This document shows positions 30,179 through 42,177 of a DNA stretch of 64,000 bases, piece by piece. The stretch lies in assembly GCA_964106645.2 (NCBI GenBank), contig OZ067045.1. One strand, given 5' to 3'. The position numbers were made by a program, and so were the translations under genes. Position 1 is the first letter of the stretch, and each line of letters starts with the position of its first letter. Origin of the DNA: Podarcis pityusensis (lineage: Eukaryota). The notes under the pieces were generated by a model. It was not told the DNA's origin, did no database searches, and was given only the letters and a program-made list of their open reading frames with translations.

Positions 30179-30681
30179 TCTGTGCACAGCATAAGAACTA
30201 TGTACCTGTTTTCCGTAAAGTGTCAAAACAGTGACAGATCTCGAGGCTGATTTCTTACTTTCAATAACTAAATGGTTGAATTCCTAAGCTACTCCTTGTA
30301 ACAAACCCACAGGTACAACAGTGGCCACCCAGACAGTATAAAACAATAATAATAGAATTGTAGAGATGGAAGGGGAACCATGAGGGTCATCTAGTCCAAC
30401 CCCTTGCAATGCAGGGATCTTTTGCCCAACGTGGGGCTCAAACTCACGACCTTGAGATTAAGAGTATCATGCTCTATATATTGATTAATCCCATTCTCTA
30501 AAATGGATGCATTGAGGGGAAACACTTATTCATTCTGCTGAAAGGGGTCAAAAAGACAGGTGGTTGTCTACAACTGAGGTCTACTCAGAGCAGAAGCACT
30601 GAAATTAATGGATGTGACTAATTTAGGTACATCAATTCCAGTAGGTCTACTTTGAGTAGAACTTAGTTGGAGACAACTCAG

Positions 30682-30817
30682 CAGGCATAGGCAAACTCAG
30701 CCCTCCAGATGTTTTGGGACTACAACTCCCATCATCCCTGACCACTGGTCCTGTTGGCTAGGGATGATGGGAGTTGTAGTCTCAAAACATCTGGAGAGCT
30801 GAGTTTGCCTATGCCTG
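30682..30817. mobile_element. Short palindromic hAT MITE (CAGGCATAGGCAAAC termini)
   Basis: Near-perfect hairpin over 136 bp; same termini as 39578-39681; partial flanking duplication actcag. Confidence 0.85.
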
Positions 30818-33217
30818 ACTCAGAGGCTAGGAATGTTCCGTTTATTGACACTATGCTATACCTAGTTAGCCAATTATCATTTTATACAACAGGCGTTTTA
30901 CTACACATGGCAGTGCCCCCCCCCCCCATCTGAACATTGGTACTGGCATCTTAAGCACACAATGAAGTTCACAGCCCTTTATATGGGTTTATTTAACCTG
31001 GACTGATTATCACTCCCCCCCCCCCAGTTCTGCATTCACAGTTATATTCTTAAGTGTTATGCTACTACAGTGAGCCAAGACTCTCCACTCCACCTAGAAG
31101 CATGAAAGAAGGGGTGGGGTGGTGGTGAACCCAACCACAGTAATCATGGGTAGAACAAGGCAGCTAAGGTATATAAAGAAGGACCGAATTCAGTAAGTTA
31201 CTTTGAATGATATAATCCCAAGAATCACAAAGAGTATCTGGAAACATAAAGGACACAACCCCAACCCCAAAGGGACCTCCCCTTTCTGTGTTCCTTCAAT
31301 GATCTGCAAGCCTTTCTTCTTGACCAAGATGCTCTTACATTGGCACACTCTGAACACACGTCAGCTGCCAGATGCAAAAATGCCCAGCTGGATATGAAAT
31401 CTTCTTGACTCTGCTCCTTCAGGATCCCAGAAAGAAAAAGGGGGGGGCATGCACAAAATCTTGCCAGGAAAGCCTTTCAGGCAGAGAAGCCTGCACGAGA
31501 GAGCCAAATGGGCAAACACACCAACAAAAGAAGCACAGAGCTTTGCTTTTTTAAAAAGAAAAAGAAAAAGAAAGAAAACGACAAACAGAACCATTCATGC
31601 AACAATCAAATCAAATAAAAATGGCTGACATTATTAAAAGACACACACACACACACAGATACAGATACACACCCACCAGCTTATCCTGAAATAAACCACC
31701 TTTGTTCTGGGTCCTGGCTGGTTATTGTTGTGATACACATTTTATTCTGACCATTTTATCAACAGATATTCTGAGTACTTTTGACTTCCAGTGCAGTGCA
31801 TGCTGCAGATTATCTGTCAGATGGGCATCCTGGATAGAACAGTCCAGAGGTAGGCTGCAAGAAAGACAAAGCCATATGGCAGAGAGCTAATTGGTTTGCG
31901 TTTGGCTCCCTCCTGGATTAGGCAGGGCTTCTCTGCTAGTTTTGCATCTCTTCCCCCCCACAGCCAAAGGCAAATCATAGGAGGTATTTGCGTGGCCAGA
32001 TGATTCATTGGCATGGAAAGCATGCTGCTCCTTGTTTAAACTTCAATCTCTCTGTCTCTCGTTTTCCACGCCCAGATAAGCACTTCGCCCAGTTGCCCCT
32101 GCTGTGCTGCTGACCTCTTTTTACTCCTTGGCGACTGAGAAAACCGTAAGGCGACAATAATCCACCCAGCACCAGAACTGCGAGCAGCACAACCCACCCG
32201 GTGTGGGACAAAGGGTTGATCTGGGCACCAGAGCTGAGAGCCCTGTGCGATATCAGCACAGAGGCAATGTTCCTGGCTTGATGGCATATGGCATTGCTCA
32301 GTATTCACAGCCAGCCCTGTCGCTAGGCACAGAAGTCTGTGGCGTGAACCACTGGTGTGCAACAGACAGTAGCAAAAAAGAAAGAAAAGGGAAAACCAAA
32401 TCACAAAGGAGACGGCAGGTCTGCCGTTCGGCCATAAGCACAGCCACGTTGGACTTCCCCCACCGCCTCTCTACTCCGAGGGATCAACGCCCAACCCAGC
32501 TTAGCTTTCTCTCCACCCACCTACCCCAGGCAAACAGTGCTGAATGAGAAAATATTAATCTGTGGAAGAAAATTAACCGTAGATTTTGGGGGAGATTTGA
32601 GGGGTGGGGGAGGCAGGTTGGTGAGAGGGGCTGTACGATGCAAGGGAACCATTTTGCAATCTGGGCTGCCCACCGCCTCTTACTTATGACTGTAGTAGTG
32701 ACTCTACTCCACGCTTCACCCCGCATAGTACTATCTCCCCACAGACGTGCCTGCAGGGACTTGTGGACAGACTCAGAGCACCCCTCAAGTTATTCTTTTT
32801 TAAAAATAATAATTGAGGTGGGGGCATCCTCAGTCTGGCTACCACTCGCGTGACCCCGCCTCAGTGCATAAAAGGAATAAAGCCGCGATCTGCTCGCTTG
32901 TTCGCAGCGCCTTCTGGACGCAAGGAGTGTCCGTGCGCGCCGAGGCTTAAGCAAACACACAAAGGATATGAATACATACACCCTTCCGGAACAGCAGAGG
33001 CAGGCGCTTGGGGAGGGGCAGCAGCATGGACCACGTTCCCTTTTTCCTTACTCCAGATCGCCTTCCCCACGCTGGAACTCCACACCCGCGCACAACAGCA
33101 GGAAGGCGAGCAGAGCAAGCACGCGAAAAGCGAGATCCCTTTGGATCGCTCCCTTTCTCAAATCCGTATACACACATACACACATTTATATATATTTGCA
33201 TAGGTGCAATCGCTTAC

Positions 33218-33420
33218 TGTGCGTGGCAGTGGAGGAAGCCGGATCCCAGTCCCATGCCGCCAGCCAAGGGAGCAGCAGCAGCAGCCGGCGGAGCCTCCTT
33301 AAGCGCGAGCGAGGCTCAGCACCTTTGCGCTGAACAGCTCCACACACAGCCTACCCATGCGCGTCGCTTCTCTTGCACCAGCCGCCGCCGTGGCCACCGC
33401 AGGCTCCATCCTTCATCCCC
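33218..33420 (-). other. Putative first exon (mostly 5' UTR)
   Basis: Lies just downstream of the CCAAT/GC boxes and ends at a GTAAG donor. A good acceptor (long pyrimidine tract + CAG) is at 32353/32352. The start coordinate is approximate. Confidence 0.5.
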
Positions 33421-33517
33421 GCCCAACTCCGCCCCCGGCTTCTCCCATTGGATGCGCCGCCTGGCTGATTGATGCTAAAGCGATCGTTCCAATTCCACTC
33501 TCTCTTTCTTCCCCAAA

Positions 33518-33530
33518 ACACACACACACA

Positions 33531-33603
<73 letters not shown>
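33518..33603. repeat. (CA)n microsatellite, ~43 units with one interruption
   Basis: Directly visible. Confidence 0.98.
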
Positions 33604-33606
<3 letters not shown>

Positions 33607-36600
33607 TGACGCCAGCCAAAGGAGGAAACTATTTCTCCCAAGCGGGAGTCTAAGAGGAAGGTTTGGACTACATCTCCCAGCCACCTCTGCGGCGGATCGC
33701 TCTCGCGCGCGCGCCTCTGCAGCAGGGGGGCCTGGGATTTGTAGTGCTTGCCTGCCAGGAGGTATTTCCCCCCCCCCCCCATGAGACAGGCAGGCTCCTG
33801 TCGCCTGGTGTGCAAAGGTGATAAGGTATCGAGGGAAGGTCCTGTAACCAAGAAAGTCGCTGAGGTCCATTTCATACTTACATGGGGGGGGGGGATCTCA
33901 AAGGGGTGTACAGGCTTTAATGCATTTTAAGAACTGGGTTGGTATTAAAGCCATGATTTCTTTGGAAATGCGAAGTGGAATAATAATTCTAACCCCTTGA
34001 ATTCTGCTTTGAATTTGAGCACAATCTTATAAGTACATAGTTAAGTACATGTTTCTATTTAAGCTGTAAGCCACCTTGAGTCCCTGTCTGGGGGAAAAGG
34101 TGGGATATAAATAAATACAATAATACATACATAGATACATACATACATACTCCTTTGCTGTACTTCCAAATATGCCTGTGGACATATATTTTTTTAGCAA
34201 TCCGTTTTCAACAAAATTATTGAGTGGCCTGAAAGCAGGAATCCCTTGCAAACAGTGTGGTTCCAGTCCCCAGGCCAGCATCTGGTTTACAGTGGGGATC
34301 CGAGAGCCAGAACTTCTGAAATCCAGCACTCAGCAGAGTTGAGGATATAAATAAAGAAGCCTCTCGAGGTAATTAGGAGGGACAGAGTAAAAGCAAGCAA
34401 GGATGTTGCAGTGCCAGATGCTCTTTTTTAATCCTTGAGGCTAGTGGTCAAGCCAACCATATGGCCAGTTGTGTCTTCCAGATGTATAAATGCACATAAT
34501 TGCTAAAAAGTGAAATGGAGCACTGTTATTATCATGTGTCTCTTCCTCAGCTTTCTGGAACAGAGCTGAAATGAACTTGTGAGACGTTGATGTTTTGCAT
34601 CACAAGAAACCTGCCCGATCAGACTCATCTAGTCCAGCATCCTATTTTCACAGTGGCCAACCAAATGCTGTAATGGGAAGCCTACAAGTAAGACATGAGT
34701 ACTTTCTCCACTCATGTTCCCCAGCAGCTCGTATTCAGATATTTGCCACCCCGACACTGGAGGTAGTCCATAGTCGTAATGGCTAGTGGACATTGGTAGC
34801 CATATACTCCATGCATCCCCTTTAAAGCCCTCCAGGTTGGCCACCACTGCATGAAAATCACAATTTAAATTATTATCTTTTGAACCTGCAGGCAAACATT
34901 TGGAGTTGGGGAGGATTTTGATGCACATGAAATGTCTTGTGAGGCCCTCTGTATCCAGGCATCTTTGCCACTCTGCTTACTGAGGTCCAGGATTCTCAAC
35001 AGCCCCTTGCCATGACAGGCAGTGGAGCAGGTGAGTGACAAGCAAGGGGGAGGGATGAAGTGAGGCAGGGGGAACACCATCACACCAGGAAATTTAAAGT
35101 TGCAGCCTGGCTTCCCAAGTTGAACCCCAGCAATCCTGCTGTGTCCCTGCCGGAGAACTGATATCTCCCTTAAGCATCCTTCAGGGTGCTTCAGAAGATA
35201 GGGGTGGGGAAGAAATTGGATTCCGTCTGCCTTTAAAGAAAAAGCAAGCCAGTTCACACTTTCCCAAACAATACGTGAACCGAAACACAGCCGTCTATTA
35301 AAATTCTCAGTTCTCCAGATTTTGCAATGCAGTTCTCCAGCCACTATACTAGGGTAAACATGACTGAATTGAATTACCTTTTAATGATTATCTTATATGT
35401 TTTTACCTTTTTGTATTTTAATTTGTTGAGTCCTGGACCAGGGGGGCGGGGTGTGTGTCCCAGGATATATTTGTTTGTTTGTTTGTTTATTATTAAATTT
35501 GTATACTACCCTATACCCATTGATCCCAGGGTTAAATATAATAATAACGTAGGTTCATTTCAATAGGTCTGCTCCGAGTAGGACTTCATTTAACACATTT
35601 ATTCATATATAACCCACCTTTCTTCTGGTACAGAACCTAAGGCAGCTCACAGCATAATTCAAAACACATACAGTTGAAAACAGAGAATGAATATATATAT
35701 ATTAAAAAATAATTCAGTATCTCTATTAAAAAACAACACTGAAAGCCACTTGAAACTAATGGTAATAATAAAATATAATTGACAGCCATTGGCTATTCTG
35801 GGGACAAACTGAGAAGCCCCTGCAGACTTGAGGCTTGAGCCAGAACCAGTTGCCATTTTCTACTACTACTTTAGATTTCTCCTTGCTAAGGGTACACTTA
35901 GTGTGATATGAGGCTCTTTCAGTGAATCTTGGCAGCTCTCAAGCTGCAACAGGAGCGGAGAGTTCTTATCCCCCAAACAATGTTCCAAGTGCAGTCAGCA
36001 CACAAAGCAATATGGTGAAAATAAATTGCTCTATAAGTGAGTTTGAAAAGAGGGGGGAGAGAAACATTTTAAGAGAACAATCCAAATTCTGTACAGTGAA
36101 AAGGAAGACAATGTTCTTAACCGAGAAAGAGCAAAAAGTAGAACAGAAACAGAAGAATGGGATTGGGGCATTGGTCAGAGTTTCCCCAAATGTCCTTAGG
36201 CAGATTTTGGATGGATAAAATGAACATCCACCTGGCATGTAGGCATCTTAGGAGGTTGATGGCAGGCTGGGAATGCTGGTGCTCCCATCCAGTATCCTTG
36301 GGCAGTTGCCAAGGCTCTGGCTGTACAACCGGGGCCACTACCATCCTACATTGGATCTCAGGATTAGGATTATTTAGGATTAGCAGGGAAGTGCCTAGCA
36401 CTGCCCAGGAATTTTTAGAACCCAAAGAATATAGTAGTGGTTTTTAAATGGATGGTGTAATTTCTGCATTTGGACCCATCTTGCCAAAAATTGGGTGATG
36501 TTGTGCCAAAGCCACATTTGGGCTTGCCATCTTGATTCAAAATGGTGCCCAGTATCCAGACATGAATGAAGACTGCTGCCCCCACCCACTTAAGGAACTT

Positions 36601-39577
36601 GAATGCAGAGTTTCGCAACGATATCTCAAGAGATAGCAGAACCTATGCCAAAAACTGGATGAAATCACATCAAGGTCACTTTTTAGTCTGCCACCTGAAT
36701 TCAAAATGGCCCCCGGCCTGAAGACGGCCACCCCCATCTTGGGTACCCTCATGCCAAGCTTGGCAGTGATACCTCAAGAAGTAGCCAAACCTGTAGAGAA
36801 CAGACGGATGGACAGATGGACAGACAGGGGGTTGTGGTGAAGAGACCAAATTAGGGGTTCCTTATGTAGCCCCACCCCCACAGCATGTTTTTGTTGTAGT
36901 TTTAACTGCTTCTGTGACGCATTCTTTCTCCTCTTAAAATAAGCCAATTAATAAATGTGTGTTAATTTAATGCATATATGCACACATAAAATTCAAGGTT
37001 AGATAGCTGTTGTTGTTGTTTTAATGATGTTTACATGGCAGACACTTAAAAAAATTAAAACAAATGCTCAAGAATATTATTCATCAATACAGTTTTGGTC
37101 AGTGGCTAAAAAATAGATTCAATCAGACAATATTTTGGGTGCCGGTAGGCACTTTCTATTGTAAAGCAGAAGGGGAGAGTAAGGAATCAAGGAGCTCTTG
37201 ACAGCATCTGAGGACACAGCGGGAACTTTGCAAAGCTTTCTTCAGTCCAATACCAGCAATTACCTTTTAATCACTCTTTTATATTCTGCAACATGACTTT
37301 GGATGGCACAGAATGGTATCGTGGCTGAGCACAACATTGCTGTAAAATACAGTAAAATTAAGGGAGACTTTCTATTCTTGAAATATAAGAAAGGCTTCCT
37401 GCTGAACAGACAGGGCATAAGAAGTTCTGCCATTTATCCTGAATCAAATCTGCTGTCGTGTCTCTTCCTTCTGCCTTATGCTTCATAACAGCCAGAAGAG
37501 ATGTTGGTTGCATGTAATCAGATCTCCACGTTTTCTTTAAAGGGAGCGGGGAGGCAATTCTGATTGCAGCAGCCCTGTGCTCCCCAGTGCTGTTTTCCTG
37601 ATCTAAATTCCCCTCCTCCCGTTCTCCAGTGCTGCTGTAAGAAACCCTTGGAAGAAAACACAGGCGTGATAAAGGGACTTGCCTACTCCCACATCCCCCA
37701 GCTTCAGGGGACAATTTGATTGGGAGAACCACAGACCCAGGGGCTGAAAATGGTCTCCCAAGCACTCTGTTTGGTCCTTGGATCTCTCCCTATGCCACCC
37801 CCCTCCCCTGCCCTGAATCACACCCTGAAAGTATTTTTGCCTGGCTAGGATATGTCCTTGAACTCTGTCAATGCCTCCTGCTTGCCCAAATAGAACAATG
37901 TGTCGGTATTAACACAAGGTTAAAACTGCCCCTTCAAATTCAGGTTCAAACTTCACTCTCATGACTGCTCTGGAGCTTATTTGGTTTTTTAACCTCTAGG
38001 ATTGATAGTGAACATCCCACATGACACCTATTGTGGCTCTCTGCTTCATCAACTACCTCAGGTACTTTCCATAGGAGCTGTGTAAATCTTCCTTTTAATG
38101 TCGAGTCTCCCTGTTCTGGTATCACATGCACCCAAATTATGAAGGTGAAAATGTGGGCTGTGTGTGCTCTTATAAGTAACAAGGCCACTATTTTTTAATG
38201 CCGCAGGCTCAGGGAGCAGATGACTCAGATTTTGACAAGGAATCAAGCTCTTGTTTCCTGACACTTATGTTAAGCCAGCAGCTTCTTTAAAACATCCTTT
38301 TGTGGGGCACATTATCTAAGTGCAAGCTGGAACCAAGAGTCTTCAGAGTTTTCTTAGAAATTTGCAGCGACGGAGCTGTATGGATTTCCCTGGGCTCCAA
38401 AGGGAGGGGGTTTCACGGACCCAGTTTGGAGTGGAGCGGTATTGTAAAATCTAAACAACATCCTTGCTGTGTAGGCCATGGGTGATCAGGCCTGAGACAC
38501 ACAGTACAGGATTTTTTCTTTTACTCTCTCACACAAACACATACCAAGGACCCGGTATAGGGATCCTGTAAGAAGCAAAAATGCTGCAGACACAGGGCTT
38601 TCTGACTGGCTGCCTTGTCATGATGAAAATGCATATTATATTTTTAAGTATGGTGTTAGTAAGCTGGCAAACCTAATAAGCAGAAGCACCAGGGCCAACT
38701 TGTGTATTTGGCAACCTAGTAAGTTAATAAGACATTTATGCTCATGATATATTCACATATAATGCTTTATTCTGCTCTATCCTTTTAAAAGTAATGTTTC
38801 ATTTTTAATCCAGTTGGATCAACTTTGATAAGAAATAACTTATTATACCTTAGCAACTGCATGGCAACCAGGGCAGAGCGGTTACGTGTGTATGTATGTG
38901 TGTGTGTGTGTGTGTGTGTGTGAATAGATTTTGTTTACAGAAGGGTGAAGAAGTGAAGAAGCAGGTGTGACCTAGCAGATGAGCAATGTCAGCAGTCTGG
39001 ACTTTGTTACTTTACAAGGTGGAAACTTTGGGCCTCTGCAAAGGGAGGGGTGTTCATATTGGGGTAGCAGGAGAACAAATCAGGAAAGAGAAGGCATCTC
39101 AAACACAACTGTACTTTATTGCTACGTAACAAGAATGGGGGGGGGGACTTGCTCAGCAGCACAGCATGTGAACGACAGGACTTCAAGAGGTCCAAAAAGC
39201 AGTGCACTGAAAACACAGCGCCCCCTGGCATATATCACAGTTCCCACGTCCAACACTGAGGCAAACTTGGATTTTGGCGATGCTGCTTTTGCAACCGAAT
39301 GGCATTCTAGATGCAGTGCTTTGTCATCCCACGTATGTATAATGGCAGTTCTGTCTTAGTGCCAATTCATAGAAGGAAATTTGGGTGGAGAAGCCAATGC
39401 AGAGTGAAAGCAATTTGGAGCAGAGAAATCCCAGTGGAACTGAGAAAACCAGTTGCTCTGTGGTGGAGCATCTGCTTTGCATGCAGATTGTCCCAGGGTC
39501 AATCTCCAGCATCTGTAGGTACATTGGGAATGTCCCCTCTCTGAAATCCTGAACAGTTGCTGCCAGTCAGTGTAGAG

Positions 39578-39681
39578 CAGGCATAGGCAAACTCGGCCCT
39601 CTAGACCTCTGGTCCTGTTACCTAGGGATGATGGGAGTTGTAGTCCCAAAACATCTGGAGGGCCGAGTTTGCCTATGCCTG
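39578..39681. mobile_element. hAT MITE (internally deleted copy of the 30682-30817 family)
   Basis: TIR caggcataggcaaactcggccctc; perfect 8-bp TSD gtgtagag at 39570-39577 and 39682-39689. Confidence 0.9.
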
Positions 39682-39689
39682 GTGTAGAG

Positions 39690-40057
39690 CAGTGGTTCCC
39701 AAAGTGAGCAGCAGCAGCACCCCCTGAAGGGTGGTAGGATTACCTGGGGGGGTCACTAAGAGGCAAGACAGTGGCAGGGGGGACTGGAGGTGTAAATGAC
39801 TATCAGACTTAGAAAAGCTAGTATCACTGGATCAAGTTATTCAGTTTTGTTGAATTAATTTAATTGGATTTTGAATAAGTGTGTGATTAACTGTTACTGT
39901 TTTGAAGTTTATTGCATTATTATGAACACCCCTCCCTTTGGCTCATGAAAACTGCTAGTCTGGATAATGCTTTTTATATGGTAGAGCAGGGAGGGGGCTG
40001 GGGATGAGTTTATGGAGCTAAGGGGGCAGTGGCCCGAAAATTTTTGGGGAATCACTG
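39690..40057. mobile_element. Second non-autonomous hAT element, tandem to the previous one
   Basis: Termini cagtggttccc / gggaatcactg; flanked by gtgtagag (39682-39689) and gtgtagac (40058-40065). Confidence 0.8.
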
Positions 40058-40574
40058 GTGTAGACAATACAAAGCTAGATGGAATAATGGTCTGGAACAA
40101 TACAAGGAAACTTCCTACATTCCTGTGATCCTGCGCTAAACTTTCTCTATCATAATCCTTCTATCGATGTGCATAACTGCAGAGAGCAACATCAGAGAGG
40201 CAACAAAAGAAGACCCACAACTTAAGGGTTCCAGCCTAATCCACCTACTTCTGATGCCTTGGCAAAAAACCCCACAAAATCCTGACTATTTGCATCTGCA
40301 GCACTAGAAGGACCAGGCAAATCCTCTGGGTAAATAGCTCGCTGTCGAGTGCAGCTGCCAGAATCTAGCCACAGGCCTAGCCTGAAGCTGAGACAAGTCT
40401 GGAGGTAAGGTCAAGGCACAAACGGGAAGCAAAGCTAAAGAGGACCAAGGGAGCGCAGCATGTCCTCATGGCATTAAGGAGACAGTCTGGCAGTCTCCGC
40501 TCAAGGCCACTGCAATGTTATAACATCAGTGGGAGTGTGCAAGACTCCCCAACCCCGTCATTTAATTATTCTCT

Positions 40575-41233
40575 TGTATATATATTTTTATTAAGTTTTC
40601 TGTTTTACAATTTAAGATACTCATTTTACATCCTTAAGATATCAGTGACTTCCCTTCTTCTCTTTCCATGATTCATTTCACCTACCATAAATCCCTGCAT
40701 ATTTTACAAAAACTGTACCATCCAGTATTCCATTGTTGCATCCATCAAAACTTATTTACACTGTTGAATTTATCTTAATGCTGCCAGCGTTTTCAGCTGT
40801 ACACAATTATTTCCCATATATTCAATAAATCTTTCCAATCTTCTTTAAACATGTGTTCTTGTTCTCTTATTCTAAGTGTTAAGTCTGCGAGTTGTGCATA
40901 TTCTGTCAACTTAAGTTGCCATTCTTCTTCAGTTGGGACCTCGCTTGTTTTCCATTTTGAGGCTAACAAAACATGGGCGGCAGTGATAGCATACATAAAT
41001 AACCTTTTTTTGACACTTGGGAATTTCAGTCTGAATTATCCCCAACAGAAAGGACGGGGGGTTTTGGGGGGGGAAGTACTTTAAAACATTTTTTCCAATT
41101 CATTATGGATCATTTTCCAATACTCTTTTACCCTTTTGCAAGTCCACCACATATGAAAGAACGTTCCCGCCACCTCTTTGCATCTCCAGCACTTATCTGA
41201 TTCAGTCCTATACATCGTAGCAAGCATATTTCT
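40575..41233 (-). mobile_element. 5'-truncated L1-clade LINE (ORF2 C-terminus + 3' UTR)
   Basis: The minus strand encodes DKCWRCKEVAGTFFHMWWTCKRVKEYW (L1 ORF2 C-terminal zinc knuckle) and ...LASKWK...PTEEEW. Perfect 17-bp TSD tcatttaattattctct at 40558-40574 and 41234-41250. Confidence 0.9.
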
Positions 41234-41384
41234 TCATTTAATTATTCTCTACGGTTTTCAGTATAAACTATTCCTTTTAGTTCATTAAAGCAGGGGTAGG
41301 TCACCAGTGGCCCTTCAGATTCTGTTGGACCAATTCTCACTGCTGGGATCAGGAGTAGGTTCCCTCCTGGTAGTTCTGCTGCCC

Positions 41385-41680
41385 TCATGTATCTGGGTGG
41401 TGGGAGGAGAGGGCATTGTCTGTGGCAGCCCCTAAGTTGTGGAATTTCCTCCTCACAGAGATGTGCCTAGTACCTTCATTATATAGTTTCGCTTGTATGC
41501 TCAAGGCACAACATTTTACCCTAGCAATTGACTCTCTCTGTGCTTGTATCTCAGCTTGCATTATAATTTGTTTTAAACTGTTTTTAATATTGTGTTTTTA
41601 AATTGTTGTAACCTACCCTGAGACCTTAGGGTGAACGGCAGGAAAGAAATCAAATTAATTTAAAAAAATTGTATTATTAT
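41385..41680 (+). mobile_element. Degenerate L2 3' end
   Basis: Remnant 'RALSVAAPKLWN' and a 3' tail similar to the copy at 57358-57821. Confidence 0.65.
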
Positions 41681-41728
41681 TTCATCAAAGTATTTGTATA
41701 CTCCTTTCTCACAAAACATCAGTGCAGT

Positions 41729-42163
41729 TGTAGTGGTTCTAGGGGTTGCTCGTGCGTAAGCCGGTGCAAACACCTGGCTGGGTTGCCTGAGTGAACCTTT
41801 CCTGTCCGGACAGCCACTCACCCGTGGTTGTCTCAGTCGCTGGCAGAATCCGTCAGTGGGCGTTTCTTAAACTTCTTCCAGCAAAGAAGTTCTTTGACGC
41901 CTAGTCTCCTCCTACTCTCTCTGCGCGAAAGCCTTCTGCGCAAGGAGGGCGTAGGCAGCGGAGGACCTCTACTCTCCCCGCTAGTCCCCGGCAAGGAGTC
42001 ATGGGACCGCCTCGCTGCTTCCCCCATCTGCCCCCCTTCTCCACTGGTGCTACGCTGATTCTCTTCCCCAGAAGATGGGCTGCCTCTCCCAATCCCGGGA
42101 CGCTCTCTGGAATACCTCTGGATTTTGCTCTCTCCCTCCGGCACTGATGGCAGTTCCCTGACA
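41729..42163 (-). repeat. 3' LTR (435 bp) of the Gypsy element
   Basis: On the minus strand it starts TGTCAGGG immediately after the PPT and ends ...CCACTACA (TGT...ACA termini). Both ends match the two remnants of the 5' LTR. Confidence 0.93.
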
Positions 42164-42177
42164 TCCACCTCCTCCTC
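41833..42177 (-). CDS. Open reading frame across PPT and U3 of the 3' LTR (~114 codons); probable original C-terminus of Pol
   Basis: Part of ORF 41833..42291. It is +1 relative to the pol frame, and removing one G from the G6 run at 42182-42187 fuses it to pol (…RGGGGGPEEEVDVRE…). It ends in a Pro then Arg-rich block (PPLPTPSLRRRLSRRESRRR). Confidence 0.55.
   Translation of the reverse strand, partial: EEEVDVRELPSVPEGESKIQRYSRERPGIGRGSPSSGEENQRSTSGEGGQMGEAARRSHDSLPGTSGESRGPPLPTPSLRRRLSRRESRRRLGVKELLCWKKFKKRPLTDSASD
42164..42177 (-). promoter_or_regulatory. Polypurine tract GAGGAGGAGGTGGA
   Basis: 13/14 purines, immediately 5' of the TG that starts the 3' LTR. Confidence 0.85.

Larger units (their letters stand above)
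32840..33730 (-). promoter_or_regulatory. CpG-island promoter of an unidentified gene, probably transcribed on the minus strand
   Basis: Only strongly CpG-rich non-repeat segment in the window. Minus-strand CCAAT (33451-33447) and GC box GGGGCGGAG (33435-33427); ZNF143/THAP11-type ACTACATCTCCCAG at 33667-33680; downstream donor ACA|GTAAGC at 33218/33217. Confidence 0.75.

Noticed and set aside
33351-33875. ORFs with poly-CV / poly-HT runs (also near 15871, 26377, 63589)
   Set aside because: Translations of (CA)n microsatellites.
36430-36830. Possible non-autonomous Helitron-like repeat with GACA-type tail
   Set aside because: Termini and hairpin not identifiable; too degenerate to classify.
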